This document shows positions 1 through 8,672 of a stretch of 64,000 nucleotides of DNA, one piece after another. The translations under genes and the position numbers were made by a program. This DNA is from Pelagibacteraceae bacterium AG-464-P07. Its GTDB lineage: Bacteria > Pseudomonadota > Alphaproteobacteria > Pelagibacterales > Pelagibacteraceae. The stretch's first letter is position 1; each line of letters starts with the position of its first letter. The notes under the pieces were generated by a model. It searched no databases. It saw nothing but the letters and a program-made list of their open reading frames with translations, and had not been told where the DNA came from. Where the stretch lies: assembly GCA_003211695.1 (NCBI GenBank), contig QCSA01000001.1, positions 35,116 to 99,115 of the forward strand, in the 5' to 3' direction.

Positions 1-1
1 A

Positions 2-529
2 ATGTATGTGAGAAGTGTATGGGTTACAACAGGAGACGCCCCTATAGTATATAAATATATTGATTGGTTAATTACCATGCCATTGTTGGCTTTACAATTT
101 TATCTAATATTATCTGCAGTAAGAAAAGTTTCATCAACAATATTTTGGAAACTTTTGATTGGTACATTAGTAATGGTATGCGGAGGCTATGCTGGTGAGG
201 CCGGCTATATTCTACCATTCTTAGGTTTCATTGTATGGATGTCAGCTTGGATATACATTCTGTACGAAATATTTGCAGGAGAAGTCGGAAAAATTATTAC
301 TAGATCCACTAACAAGGCTTTGGTTACAGCATTTGAAACAATGAGAATGATTGTAACAATTGGTTGGGCGATATATCCTTTAGGATATGTTTTTGGATAT
401 TTAACTGGTGGTGTAGATTCCAACACATTAAATGCCATTTATAATTTTGCGGACTTGATTAACAAAATCGCTTTTGGTCTGGTTATTTGGGTTGCTGCTA
501 CAGCCAATACTAGTGGATTAAGACGATAA
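2..529 (+). CDS. Proteorhodopsin, C-terminal 175 codons (5' end lies upstream of the window)
   Basis: The ORF is open to the window edge. Helix-C YIDWLITMPLL, GWAIYPLGY and the Schiff-base Lys in ADLINKIAFGL (codon 464-466) match the canonical proteorhodopsin sequence as I remember it. Confidence 0.9.
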   Translation: MYVRSVWVTTGDAPIVYKYIDWLITMPLLALQFYLILSAVRKVSSTIFWKLLIGTLVMVCGGYAGEAGYILPFLGFIVWMSAWIYILYEIFAGEVGKIITRSTNKALVTAFETMRMIVTIGWAIYPLGYVFGYLTGGVDSNTLNAIYNFADLINKIAFGLVIWVAATANTSGLRR

Positions 530-556
530 AAGAAAAAATTTTAATTATTAAAAAAA

Positions 557-588
557 GGCAAATATTCTTTGCTTGCCCTATTTTTTTT
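557..588 (+). terminator. Possible weak intrinsic terminator after proteorhodopsin
   Basis: GGCAA...TTGCC forms a 5-bp stem with a long loop, followed by a T8 run. The stem is weak. Confidence 0.35.
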
Positions 589-609
589 GCAATCTATAAG
601 TAAATTTTC

Positions 610-930
610 ATGGCAAAAATAACGTATATAGAACACACAAACAAAGAACACATTGTTGAGGTGCCTAATAATATAACTGTTATGGAGGGAGCAGTACAAA
701 ATAATATCCCGGGAATCGATGCAGATTGCGGCGGATCAATGGCTTGTGCTACATGTCATGTTTATGTCGATAAAAAATGGTTTAATAAGCTTGAAAAAAA
801 AGATGAAGGTGAAGAAGATATGCTGGATATGGCTTATCAACCAAACAAATTTAGTCGATTAAGTTGCCAGTTGTTAGTTTCGAATGAACTCGATGGTTTA
901 ATTGTAAGAATGCCATCAAAACAAAGTTAA
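610..930 (+). CDS. 2Fe-2S ferredoxin, adrenodoxin/putidaredoxin type
   Basis: Cys cluster [12 protein letters not shown] plus a distal Cys in RLSCQL; 106 aa. Confidence 0.85.
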   Translation: MAKITYIEHTNKEHIVEVPNNITVMEGAVQNNIPGIDADCGGSMACATCHVYVDKKWFNKLEKKDEGEEDMLDMAYQPNKFSRLSCQLLVSNELDGLIVRMPSKQS

Positions 931-934
931 TTAA

Positions 935-1954
935 ATGATTACAACCGATGTTTTAGTTATTGGTGCAGGACCTACAGCTTTATTTGCTGTACAACAATTA
1001 GGCATAATAGGTTTAAAAGCAGAAGTTGTCGATAATTTAGATAAAGTGGGAGGTCAATGTAGAGAACTTTATCCTGATAAACCAATATATGATATTCCTG
1101 CAATTCCAGTATGTACGGGAGAAACTCTAACCAAAAATTTAATGAAACAAATTGAACCTTTTAATACTAATTTTCATTTAAGTGAGAGAGTAGAGCAATT
1201 AGTTAAGGAAGGAACCAAATGGAAAATTACAACAAATAAAAAAAAAATATTTGTTGCACCTAATATAATTATAGCTGGTGGTGTTGGTTCTTTTGAGCCT
1301 AGAAAATTTCCTTTAAAAGAAGCTGAAAAATTTGAGAAAAATAGTGTTTTTTATTCAATTAGAGATAAAAAATATTTTGATAAAAAAAAAATTTGTATTT
1401 TTGGTGGCGGAGACTCTGCGCTTGATTGGTCGATAGAATTATCTAAAAATTCTAAAGTTGTTTTAGTGCATAGAAGACCAGAATTTAGAGGAACACCCAA
1501 AAACGTCGAGATTGTTAAAAAACTTGAAAAAGATGGAAAAATTGAAATTGAAACACCTTATCAAATAAATTCTATTGAAGGAGATAATCAAATTAAAGTC
1601 ATTACAATAAAAGATGACAATGGAAAAATAAAAAAGATTGATACAGACTATATCCTTGGTTTCTTTGGTCTGATTATGAAATTGGGACCTATAGCTGAAT
1701 GGGGATTAAATTTAGATAAAAAGCATATACCTGTTAATACAGAAAATTTTCAAACTAATAAGGAAGGAATATTTGCTATTGGGGATATTTGTACCTATCC
1801 AGGAAAACTTAAATTAATCTTATCAGGTTTTCATGAAGGTGCATTAGCAGCTAGAGGGTGTTTCAAATTAGCTAGACCTAACGAAAAATATAGATTTGAA
1901 TTTACAACAACTTCTAAAAATATTCACGAAAGATTAGGTAAAAAGCAAACATAA
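935..1954 (+). CDS. Ferredoxin-NADP+ reductase, thioredoxin-reductase-like type
   Basis: Two dinucleotide folds (VIGAGPTALFA and IFGGGDSALDW). It starts 4 nt after the ferredoxin stop. Confidence 0.8.
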   Translation: MITTDVLVIGAGPTALFAVQQLGIIGLKAEVVDNLDKVGGQCRELYPDKPIYDIPAIPVCTGETLTKNLMKQIEPFNTNFHLSERVEQLVKEGTKWKITTNKKKIFVAPNIIIAGGVGSFEPRKFPLKEAEKFEKNSVFYSIRDKKYFDKKKICIFGGGDSALDWSIELSKNSKVVLVHRRPEFRGTPKNVEIVKKLEKDGKIEIETPYQINSIEGDNQIKVITIKDDNGKIKKIDTDYILGFFGLIMKLGPIAEWGLNLDKKHIPVNTENFQTNKEGIFAIGDICTYPGKLKLILSGFHEGALAARGCFKLARPNEKYRFEFTTTSKNIHERLGKKQT

Positions 1955-1960
1955 AGTTAT

Positions 1961-2614
1961 ATGATAGAATTATTTTATGCGCCGACTCCAAATGGGAAAA
2001 AAATTTCAATTATGCTTGAAGAAATTGGCTTTGAATACAAAATTACCCAAATAAAACTTAATCCTGAAGGAGGTTTTTCAAAGGGTGAACAATTTAAACC
2101 AGAATTTAGAAAAATTAGTCCTTTTAGTAAAATTCCAGTAATTATTGATCATGATAATAATAAAGAAGTTATTTTTGAATCCGGAGCTATCCTTATGTAT
2201 CTCGGAGAAAAAAGTAATAAATTTTATGAACAAAAAGATAGAACAAAAATTAACCAATGGTTAATGGCTCAAATGGGCTATGTTGGTCCAATGCTAGGAC
2301 AACACCATCAATTTCATCGTTATAATTCTGGTAAGGATAAATGGGGCGAAGAAAGATACTTTAAAATAACCAAAACTATATATGGCGATTTAGACGAAAG
2401 ATTAGGGCAATCAAAATATCTTGCTGGAGAAAATTACTCAATTGCTGACATTGCAACTTTCCCTTGGATTGCAAGACATGATTGGCATGATATAGGATTG
2501 AAAAATTACAAACATTTAAGCAGGTGGTATAAATTTATTTCTAATAGACCGGCTGTAGAAAAAGGATATGATTGTTTAAATACTGGTGAAAAGATACCCG
2601 AAATAAAATTATAA
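1961..2614 (+). CDS. Glutathione S-transferase, YfcG/YghU-like
   Basis: The N-terminus MIELFYAPTPNGKKISIMLEE...FRKISPFSKIPVIIDH...ESGAILMYL resembles E. coli YfcG-type GSTs. Confidence 0.8.
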   Translation: MIELFYAPTPNGKKISIMLEEIGFEYKITQIKLNPEGGFSKGEQFKPEFRKISPFSKIPVIIDHDNNKEVIFESGAILMYLGEKSNKFYEQKDRTKINQWLMAQMGYVGPMLGQHHQFHRYNSGKDKWGEERYFKITKTIYGDLDERLGQSKYLAGENYSIADIATFPWIARHDWHDIGLKNYKHLSRWYKFISNRPAVEKGYDCLNTGEKIPEIKL

Positions 2615-3028
2615 TTCTGCGTGAATTTTTTCTTCTCTTTCGTGTTTTTCTTGTGCTGCAATACCTAAAGTTGCAATAGGTCTTGCGATTAATCTTTTCA
2701 AACCAATTGGTTCGCCTGTCTCTTCACAAAATCCATAAGTCCCTTCCCTTAATCTCTTTAATGCGGCATCAATTTTAGAAATAAGTTTTATCTGTCTATT
2801 TACTGTTCTCATTTCCACATTTTTCTCCGTGTAAGAACTTGCCTGATCAACAATATCTGGGGAAGAGACATTGTCAACTAAATTGCTAGAGTATAAAGCT
2901 TGAGAATTAGATTTGATTATTTCATTTTTCCACTCGGTTAACTTGAGCTTGAAATAAGTCTTGTGTTTTTCACACATATACTTTTCTTTTTTATTAGGTA
3001 TATATTTCTTCGAATTTCTTATAGGCAT
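2609..3028 (-). CDS. dksA: DksA/TraR-family RNA polymerase-binding regulator
   Basis: Coiled-coil region with DQASSYTE...E and a C-terminal GTYGFCEETGEPIGLKRLIARP motif; 139 aa. Confidence 0.8.
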   Translation of the reverse strand: MPIRNSKKYIPNKKEKYMCEKHKTYFKLKLTEWKNEIIKSNSQALYSSNLVDNVSSPDIVDQASSYTEKNVEMRTVNRQIKLISKIDAALKRLREGTYGFCEETGEPIGLKRLIARPIATLGIAAQEKHEREEKIHAEL

Positions 3029-3101
3029 AGCAAAATAAACGAGGGAGTATATTCAGCAATAATTTACTGTCAAGCTAAGTTAGTTTATATAAATTATATC
3101 T

Positions 3102-4517
3102 ATGCTTGTTAAACAAGGTCAAATTATTAAGTTTTTTGTAATTTTTTTATTTGTTCATACTTCAATCTGGACATTAATTCCTACTTTAGCAAATTCAAAT
3201 CTTCCAATGGATACAATAGAAGCTTTAGCTTGGGCTAGCGATATTCAATGGGGTTATAGTAAACATCCGCCATTAAGTGCATGGTTTCCTGGAATAGTAT
3301 TTAAAATCTTTTCAAACCAAGATTGGGCATATTACCTCCTTAGTCAGCTATTTGTTGTTTTAAGTTTTACAATAGTGTGGAAATTTTCTGAGGATTTTTT
3401 TCAAAATAAAATTTATAGCTTGGTATCAGTATTATTACTAGAGGGTATTTATTTTTACAATTTTACTACACCAGAATTTAATGTTTATGTTTGTACACTA
3501 CCTTTCTGGGCTTTGACGGTTTTGTATTGTTGGAAAGGAATCAAACAAAATGATTATGTCAGTTGGTTATTATTCGGATTTTTTTCCGGATTAGGAGTTT
3601 TGTCACATTATCTATTTTTTTACCTATTAATGGCTTTAGATTTATTTTTTATCTACATGATATTTAAAAAAGAGTTTAATTATAAATGTTTAATTTCTCT
3701 AATCACCTTTTTAATAGTTCTTCTGCCTCATTTAATTTGGCTGACAGAAAATAATTTTATTACTATCAACTACGCACTACATAGAACAGGATTAGAGGAA
3801 TCAATTTTTTTAAACCACTTCTATTATCCTTTAATTTTTTTAACAAAGCAAATTGGAATACTCGTGCCTTTTTCTATAATGTTGTTATTTATTATTTCAA
3901 AATTTAAATACAAAATAAACTTTAAAGATAAAAAACTAATATTTCTAATTTTAATAAATGTTGGACCTTTACTTTTAATTTTTCTAACTTCATTTTTTTT
4001 AGGTGCAAAAATCAAAACTATGTGGATGACATCTTTTTACTTATTTATGGGAGTATTATGTATTTATATATTTCAAACCAAAATTCATATAGAAAGATTT
4101 AAGTATTTTTTATATGTGTTTTTATTTCTGTTTATTTTGTTTCCATCAATTTATTTTTATCATTCTATTTCCAAAAAAGATAAAAGAACCGATTATCCTG
4201 GAAAAGCAATTGCTCGAGTTATTCAAGCTAAATGGGATAACGCCTTTTCAAATGAAATTGAAATAGTGTTCGGGAATATATGGCACGCGGGAAACTTATC
4301 ATATCATCTAAAATCGAGACCAAAATGGACAGGGGGCATATGGTATGGAATAAAAAAAGTACCCAAAAATATAAACGGAGGAATAATTGTAATCGGAGAT
4401 TATAATAGCGATGTAAGAGTGCATAAAATTTGCACTTCTTCAAATACATCATTTCACATAGTTACATTTCAACTTAAATCTTTTAATCATAATGTCTGTA
4501 TGATTGGTAAAAAATGA
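3102..4517 (+). CDS. Polytopic glycosyltransferase, GT39/ArnT-like (lipid or protein glycosylation)
   Basis: 471 aa with many TM helices. The N-terminal loop PMDTIEALAWA...GYSKHPPL is typical of ArnT/PMT-like enzymes. It overlaps the following GT2 gene by 4 nt. Confidence 0.65.
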   Translation: MLVKQGQIIKFFVIFLFVHTSIWTLIPTLANSNLPMDTIEALAWASDIQWGYSKHPPLSAWFPGIVFKIFSNQDWAYYLLSQLFVVLSFTIVWKFSEDFFQNKIYSLVSVLLLEGIYFYNFTTPEFNVYVCTLPFWALTVLYCWKGIKQNDYVSWLLFGFFSGLGVLSHYLFFYLLMALDLFFIYMIFKKEFNYKCLISLITFLIVLLPHLIWLTENNFITINYALHRTGLEESIFLNHFYYPLIFLTKQIGILVPFSIMLLFIISKFKYKINFKDKKLIFLILINVGPLLLIFLTSFFLGAKIKTMWMTSFYLFMGVLCIYIFQTKIHIERFKYFLYVFLFLFILFPSIYFYHSISKKDKRTDYPGKAIARVIQAKWDNAFSNEIEIVFGNIWHAGNLSYHLKSRPKWTGGIWYGIKKVPKNINGGIIVIGDYNSDVRVHKICTSSNTSFHIVTFQLKSFNHNVCMIGKK

Positions 4518-5386
4518 AAAAATTTATAATTTTAATGCCCGTGTACAATGACTGGAAGTCAGCTTCAAAACTCCTAAAAGAAATTGATTTACAAATTGTT
4601 AATTGGGAATCAGAAGTGTCTATTTTAATTATTGATGATGCCTCAACTGAAATGAGGTCAGCTATGGATTCAAATTTTAAAAAAGTAAAATCAGTGAAAG
4701 TTTTGAATATGAAAAAAAACCAAGGTCACGCAAGATGTTTTGCTACTGGATTAAAGTTCATCATCGAAAAAGAAAATTTTGATTATGTAATACCTATGGA
4801 TGCAGATGGAGAAGATAGACCCGAGGAATTAAATTTGCTTTTTAATAAGTCCAAAGAGTATCCTGATAAAGTTATTACCGCAGACAGAGTCAAGAGATCG
4901 GAAGGACTGTTATTCAAATTTTGTTATAAAATGCATAAATATTTAACTTATATATTCACAGGACACCTAATTAAGTTTGGAAATTACTGTTGTTTATCTA
5001 GAGATTCTGTGGTCAAATTGATCAAAGATCCTTCAGTTTGGAGTAGTTTTTCAGGATCATTAACTAAATTAATTCCAGATCGAATTTCCATATCCTCTAT
5101 TAAAGGTTTGAGATATTACGGCCCATCTAAAATGAGTTTTTTTGAACTCTTAATTCATTCTTTTTCTATAATTGCGGTTTTTAAAAGAACCACTTTTTTT
5201 CGATCTTTTATTTTTTTATCTGTATATTTATTGTTAATTTTTCAATCTTTATCTTTCATTACCCTGTTACCTGTATTTCTAATCATAATTTTACTTTTTG
5301 CAGTAGTTTGGTTTTCAAATCGTGAAAATTTGGATCAGTTGAAAAAATCTTTGGATAATATTTCAAGTATTGATAATTTTAATTAA
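4514..5386 (+). CDS. GT2-family glycosyltransferase (polyprenyl-phosphate sugar transferase, ArnC/DPM1-like) with C-terminal TM helices
   Basis: ILMPVYND...IIDDAS...MDADGED motifs. Translationally coupled to the ArnT-like gene. Confidence 0.75.
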   Translation: MKKFIILMPVYNDWKSASKLLKEIDLQIVNWESEVSILIIDDASTEMRSAMDSNFKKVKSVKVLNMKKNQGHARCFATGLKFIIEKENFDYVIPMDADGEDRPEELNLLFNKSKEYPDKVITADRVKRSEGLLFKFCYKMHKYLTYIFTGHLIKFGNYCCLSRDSVVKLIKDPSVWSSFSGSLTKLIPDRISISSIKGLRYYGPSKMSFFELLIHSFSIIAVFKRTTFFRSFIFLSVYLLLIFQSLSFITLLPVFLIIILLFAVVWFSNRENLDQLKKSLDNISSIDNFN

Positions 5387-6659
5387 CCTTTATAATTGGT
5401 AAACAATCAAAATCAGCAGTATCAATTTTTGATGAATATTTTCTTCTTATATTCCATTTCTTATTTAGACCCGCATCAGCCAAGCTTAAAGTTGAACGTC
5501 CATATCTATAATTTGTATAATCAATAGATTTCATCAGACTTTTTATTCTATTTTCTTTTGGTGAGGAAAATAGATTATGAGTTTTTTCTGAATCCAATAA
5601 TCCTGATAAAATTATTCCTGTTTTTTGGTATTTATAATCCTTTTTAAAAATAGATTTTAATCCTCCTAAAGCATTTTTTACTATCTCAATACTGTTGTCG
5701 GTAGCAATTGGAAAATCAATTGTTCTTGAATTTGAATAAAATATTTTCTTGTCTTGAAAAAGACTTGTTCTTATAAAAATAGTTATGGTTTTTGCTAACA
5801 AAGATTCTGATCTTATTTTTTCTGCAGCATTCAAAGAATGAGAAGCAATAGACTCTGCGAGTGTGTGAAAACTTTCTACTTTTTTACCAAATGACCTTGA
5901 TACACAACAGCTTCCCCTTTTTGCTTGATAAGCTTCTAAATCAATACAAGAAATACCTCTTAATTCCATTGCTGTTCTAGCAGCTAAGACATTTGAATTA
6001 TTTTTTATCCAATTGCTAGACATATTTTTTAGTTGTTTTGCATTATTAATACCATGTTTAACATAAAACTTAGACGTTTGTCTTCCAACGCCCCATATAT
6101 CATTAATTTTTATTTTTTCTAATATCAAATCAATATTTTCTATACCTATTAAATTTACAATCCCAGATTTTTGTTTCTTAGCTATGTGATTTGCTATTTT
6201 GCTGAGAGTTTTAGTTTTTGCTATACCAATGCTTGTTGGTATGCCTACCCATTGTAATATTGTGTCTCTGATTTTTTTACCAAAAGATGGAATCATATTA
6301 TTAGGCATACTTGATAAATCTAAAAAAGCTTCGTCTATAGAATAAATTTCTATATTTGGGACAAGATATTTTAAAATTCGCATCACTCTTCTAGATATAT
6401 CTCCATATAGTGAATAATTTGAAGAAAACACATATACACCATTTTTAATAATTATTTCTTTTGCTTTAAAATACGGATCACCCATTTTAATACCCAATGC
6501 TTTTGCTTCGGAAGATCTTGAAATTATACATCCGTCATTATTTGAAAGAACAACTACTGGTTTTTTAAGAATGCATGGCTTAAACAATCTTTCACAAGAT
6601 ACATAAAAAGAATTGCAATCAACCAAAGCTATTTTTTTAGTATGTGGAATGTATGACAT
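5379..6659 (-). CDS. umuC: Y-family translesion DNA polymerase V catalytic subunit UmuC
   Basis: IALVDCNSFYVSCE, SNNDGCIISRS and SIDEAFLDL motifs. I prefer the ATG at 6659 over the GTG at 6671 in the ORF track. It overlaps the umuD 3' end. Confidence 0.8.
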   Translation of the reverse strand: MSYIPHTKKIALVDCNSFYVSCERLFKPCILKKPVVVLSNNDGCIISRSSEAKALGIKMGDPYFKAKEIIIKNGVYVFSSNYSLYGDISRRVMRILKYLVPNIEIYSIDEAFLDLSSMPNNMIPSFGKKIRDTILQWVGIPTSIGIAKTKTLSKIANHIAKKQKSGIVNLIGIENIDLILEKIKINDIWGVGRQTSKFYVKHGINNAKQLKNMSSNWIKNNSNVLAARTAMELRGISCIDLEAYQAKRGSCCVSRSFGKKVESFHTLAESIASHSLNAAEKIRSESLLAKTITIFIRTSLFQDKKIFYSNSRTIDFPIATDNSIEIVKNALGGLKSIFKKDYKYQKTGIILSGLLDSEKTHNLFSSPKENRIKSLMKSIDYTNYRYGRSTLSLADAGLNKKWNIRRKYSSKIDTADFDCLPIIKVN

Positions 6660-7032
6660 AAGTAACAACACCCCAAATAAAAATATCTGAGTTTGGGTTT
6701 ATGATAATTTTATCGTCAAGGTTTTTTGAACCAGAAGAAAGAAATTGTAAATTTTTTTCTTTTATAAAACTTTTTACTACAAGTTCATCATTTACATTTG
6801 CAATTACTGTTGAAAGATTTTTAGGTTCTAGACTTTTATCTACTATTAAAAGATCGCCATCATATATTCCAACGCTGGACATGGATTTACCCTGGACTCT
6901 AATTACAAATGTTGCGGGTGCATTTTTTATTAAATGAATGTTAAGATCTATGTCTTCTTCTATATAGTCGGTTGCCGGTGAAGGAAAACCTGCCCCTGCT
7001 TTATGTAAGTAAAATGGTAATAATGAATTCAT
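6637..7032 (-). CDS. umuD: UmuD, LexA-like S24 self-cleaving peptidase
   Basis: AGAGFPSPA cleavage region, catalytic Ser in VQGKSMS and Lys in ELVVKSF. It sits directly upstream of umuC. Confidence 0.8.
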   Translation of the reverse strand: MNSLLPFYLHKAGAGFPSPATDYIEEDIDLNIHLIKNAPATFVIRVQGKSMSSVGIYDGDLLIVDKSLEPKNLSTVIANVNDELVVKSFIKEKNLQFLSSGSKNLDDKIIINPNSDIFIWGVVTYVIHSTY

Positions 7033-7036
7033 AGAT

Positions 7037-7051
7037 GTTCTTATTTTGTTC
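7037..7051. promoter_or_regulatory. Alphaproteobacterial-type SOS (LexA) box GTTC-N7-GTTC
   Basis: The sequence is GTTCttattttGTTC, 5 nt upstream of the umuD start codon. Confidence 0.6.
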
Positions 7052-7204
7052 TTATTATTAACATATTAAAATGTATAGTCAACTAGCAGGTTGTATTTTG
7101 AGTCCAAATAAGAATCGTAAAAGAATCAAAACAAGAACATCTAAAATAGATTTAAATGTGCTGTGGATAATTATTATATGTCAGTATTTTTTACAATATG
7201 AAAT

Positions 7205-7645
7205 ATGAAATATGAAATTATTGAAATAGCTGAAGATTTTAGAGAAGAAAATCATGCTAAAAAGCTTATAAATAAACTGATGAAAAAATTAACTTGTCAC
7301 TGTGGCGGAGTAGAGATTGAGGTAAATGTACCTGATCAATTCAAAAAATTAGTAAGGTGTAACTGCTCACTTTGTAAAAGAAAAGGAACTATTATGACAA
7401 TGGTTGGACTTGATGATTTAAAAGTTATTAAAGGTCAAGATCTTTTAAAGCTTTATCAATATCATACAAAAGTAGCCAAACATTATTTTTGCTCAAATTG
7501 CGGAATTTATACTCATCACAAAATGCGTAGCAATCCAAACATGTATGGAATTAACGTAGCATGCCTAGAAGGTGTTAAACCTTTTGAACTAAAAAATGTT
7601 GGAGTTAATGATGGCATCAATCATCCCCTTGATAAAAAGAAATGA
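7205..7645 (+). CDS. GFA/CENP-V family zinc protein (glutathione-dependent formaldehyde-activating enzyme family)
   Basis: Cys motifs CHCGGVE, CNCSLCKRKG and FCSNCG. Confidence 0.75.
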   Translation: MKYEIIEIAEDFREENHAKKLINKLMKKLTCHCGGVEIEVNVPDQFKKLVRCNCSLCKRKGTIMTMVGLDDLKVIKGQDLLKLYQYHTKVAKHYFCSNCGIYTHHKMRSNPNMYGINVACLEGVKPFELKNVGVNDGINHPLDKKK

Positions 7646-8564
7646 AAAAGCTGTAGATTGTTTCTTAAAGGTAAAAAAGGATTATCTAAAATTTTTAAAC
7701 AAAGAAAAAATTTTTGATCAATCTGTTGCAACTAAAATAGCAAGCCTGAGAAGAATTTATATACCCATGTCATTTTGGATAGAAAATAAATATAAGAAAA
7801 AGGGGAAAACTTTATTTTTAGGTCTGTCAGGTGGACAGGGTTCTGGAAAAACAACAGTTGTAGGAATTTTAAAAATTATTTTAAAAAAATATTTTAAAAG
7901 AAAAACTCATGTTAGCTCTATTGATGATTTTTACAAGACATTGGAAGAACGTAATAAAATATCAAGTATAATACACCCTTTGTTTAAAACAAGAGGAGTT
8001 CCTGGCACTCATGATACAAATTTAATTAAAAAATTTTTTGGTTTTATTAAAAAAAAAAAATTTAAAAAATTTAAATTACCAAAGTTTGATAAATCAATAG
8101 ATGATCGTTTAAACGAAAAATACTGGTTTAATATAAAAGAAAGGCCAGAAATAGTAATATTTGAAGGATGGTGCGTTGGAGCTAAACCTCAGCTAAATTC
8201 TTTGTTAAAAAAACCAATAAATATTCTTGAAAAATACGAAGATAAAGATTTGATATGGAGGAAACATGCAAATGAAAAACTTAAAAAGGAATACAAAAAT
8301 TTTTTTGCAATGATCGATAATTTCATTTTTATGAAAATTCCAAATTTTAATATGGTTTTTAAATGGAGGCTTCTTCAAGAAAGGAAGTTAAAAAAAAGGT
8401 TGCGTACAACAAAAAAAATAATGTTATATGGTCAAATAAAACGTTTTGTTATGTTTTACCAAAGAGTAACTTTACAGATGTTTAAAGATATGCCAAAAAT
8501 AGCATCAGTCGTTTTGACATTAAATAACAAACATCAAATATACAAAATTAGGTTCAAAAATTAG
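7596..8564 (+). CDS. P-loop kinase of the D-glycerate 3-kinase (GLYK / COG4240) family
   Basis: GLSGGQGSGKTT Walker A, SIDDFY, RGVPGTHD, LPKFDKSIDDR, IFEGWCVG and FKWRLLQE resemble plant/cyanobacterial GLYK as I recall it. The start is uncertain because the ORF overlaps the GFA gene by 50 nt. Confidence 0.55.
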   Translation: MLELMMASIIPLIKRNEKAVDCFLKVKKDYLKFLNKEKIFDQSVATKIASLRRIYIPMSFWIENKYKKKGKTLFLGLSGGQGSGKTTVVGILKIILKKYFKRKTHVSSIDDFYKTLEERNKISSIIHPLFKTRGVPGTHDTNLIKKFFGFIKKKKFKKFKLPKFDKSIDDRLNEKYWFNIKERPEIVIFEGWCVGAKPQLNSLLKKPINILEKYEDKDLIWRKHANEKLKKEYKNFFAMIDNFIFMKIPNFNMVFKWRLLQERKLKKRLRTTKKIMLYGQIKRFVMFYQRVTLQMFKDMPKIASVVLTLNNKHQIYKIRFKN

Positions 8565-8609
8565 TTGATTTTCGCTTAAAATATAACAATTTATAACTAT
8601 TGATTAAAA

Positions 8610-8624
8610 GAACAAAATATGTAC
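8610..8624. promoter_or_regulatory. Imperfect SOS-like box upstream of recA
   Basis: GAACaaaatatGTAC is the reverse complement of GTAC-N7-GTTC, one mismatch from the direct-repeat consensus. It lies 49 nt upstream of the recA ATG. Confidence 0.35.
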
Positions 8625-8672
8625 ATTCAATTTAGCGATTCGTATAAAGAATGCTGAAGAAAAAGGATAAAA

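Noticed and set aside
205-438. Antisense or shadow ORFs in the supplied track. Examples: 205-438, 3824-4015, 4228-4452, 6701-6937, 8912-9121, 12581-12793, 12901-13104, 15764-16295, 17004-17267, 17698-18045, 21187-21423, 21865-22287, 23612-23893, 26225-26545, 29703-30817, 33712-34397, 36225-37086, 38989-39735, 39827-40099, 42685-42867, 44707-45003, 45971-46183, 47720-47905, 49229-49429, 51216-51416, 52313-52537, 52957-53142, 54018-54227, 58100-58594, 59570-59779.
   Set aside because: Each lies wholly inside, and opposite to or out of frame with, a long ORF that has clear family motifs. Their translations are low-complexity with no recognisable motifs, as expected for chance ORFs opposite real genes.
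7100-7135. Second SOS-box-like sequence GAATcaaaacaaGAAC in the umuD/GFA spacer.
   Set aside because: The spacing is N8 rather than N7 and the first half-site is mismatched. It is probably chance.
7198-7218. (ATGAAAT)x3 heptamer repeat that puts ATGs in all three frames at the start of the GFA gene.
   Set aside because: It is short, AT-rich and plausibly chance. Only the 7205 ATG is in frame with the Cys-motif protein. I see no evidence for phase variation without population data.
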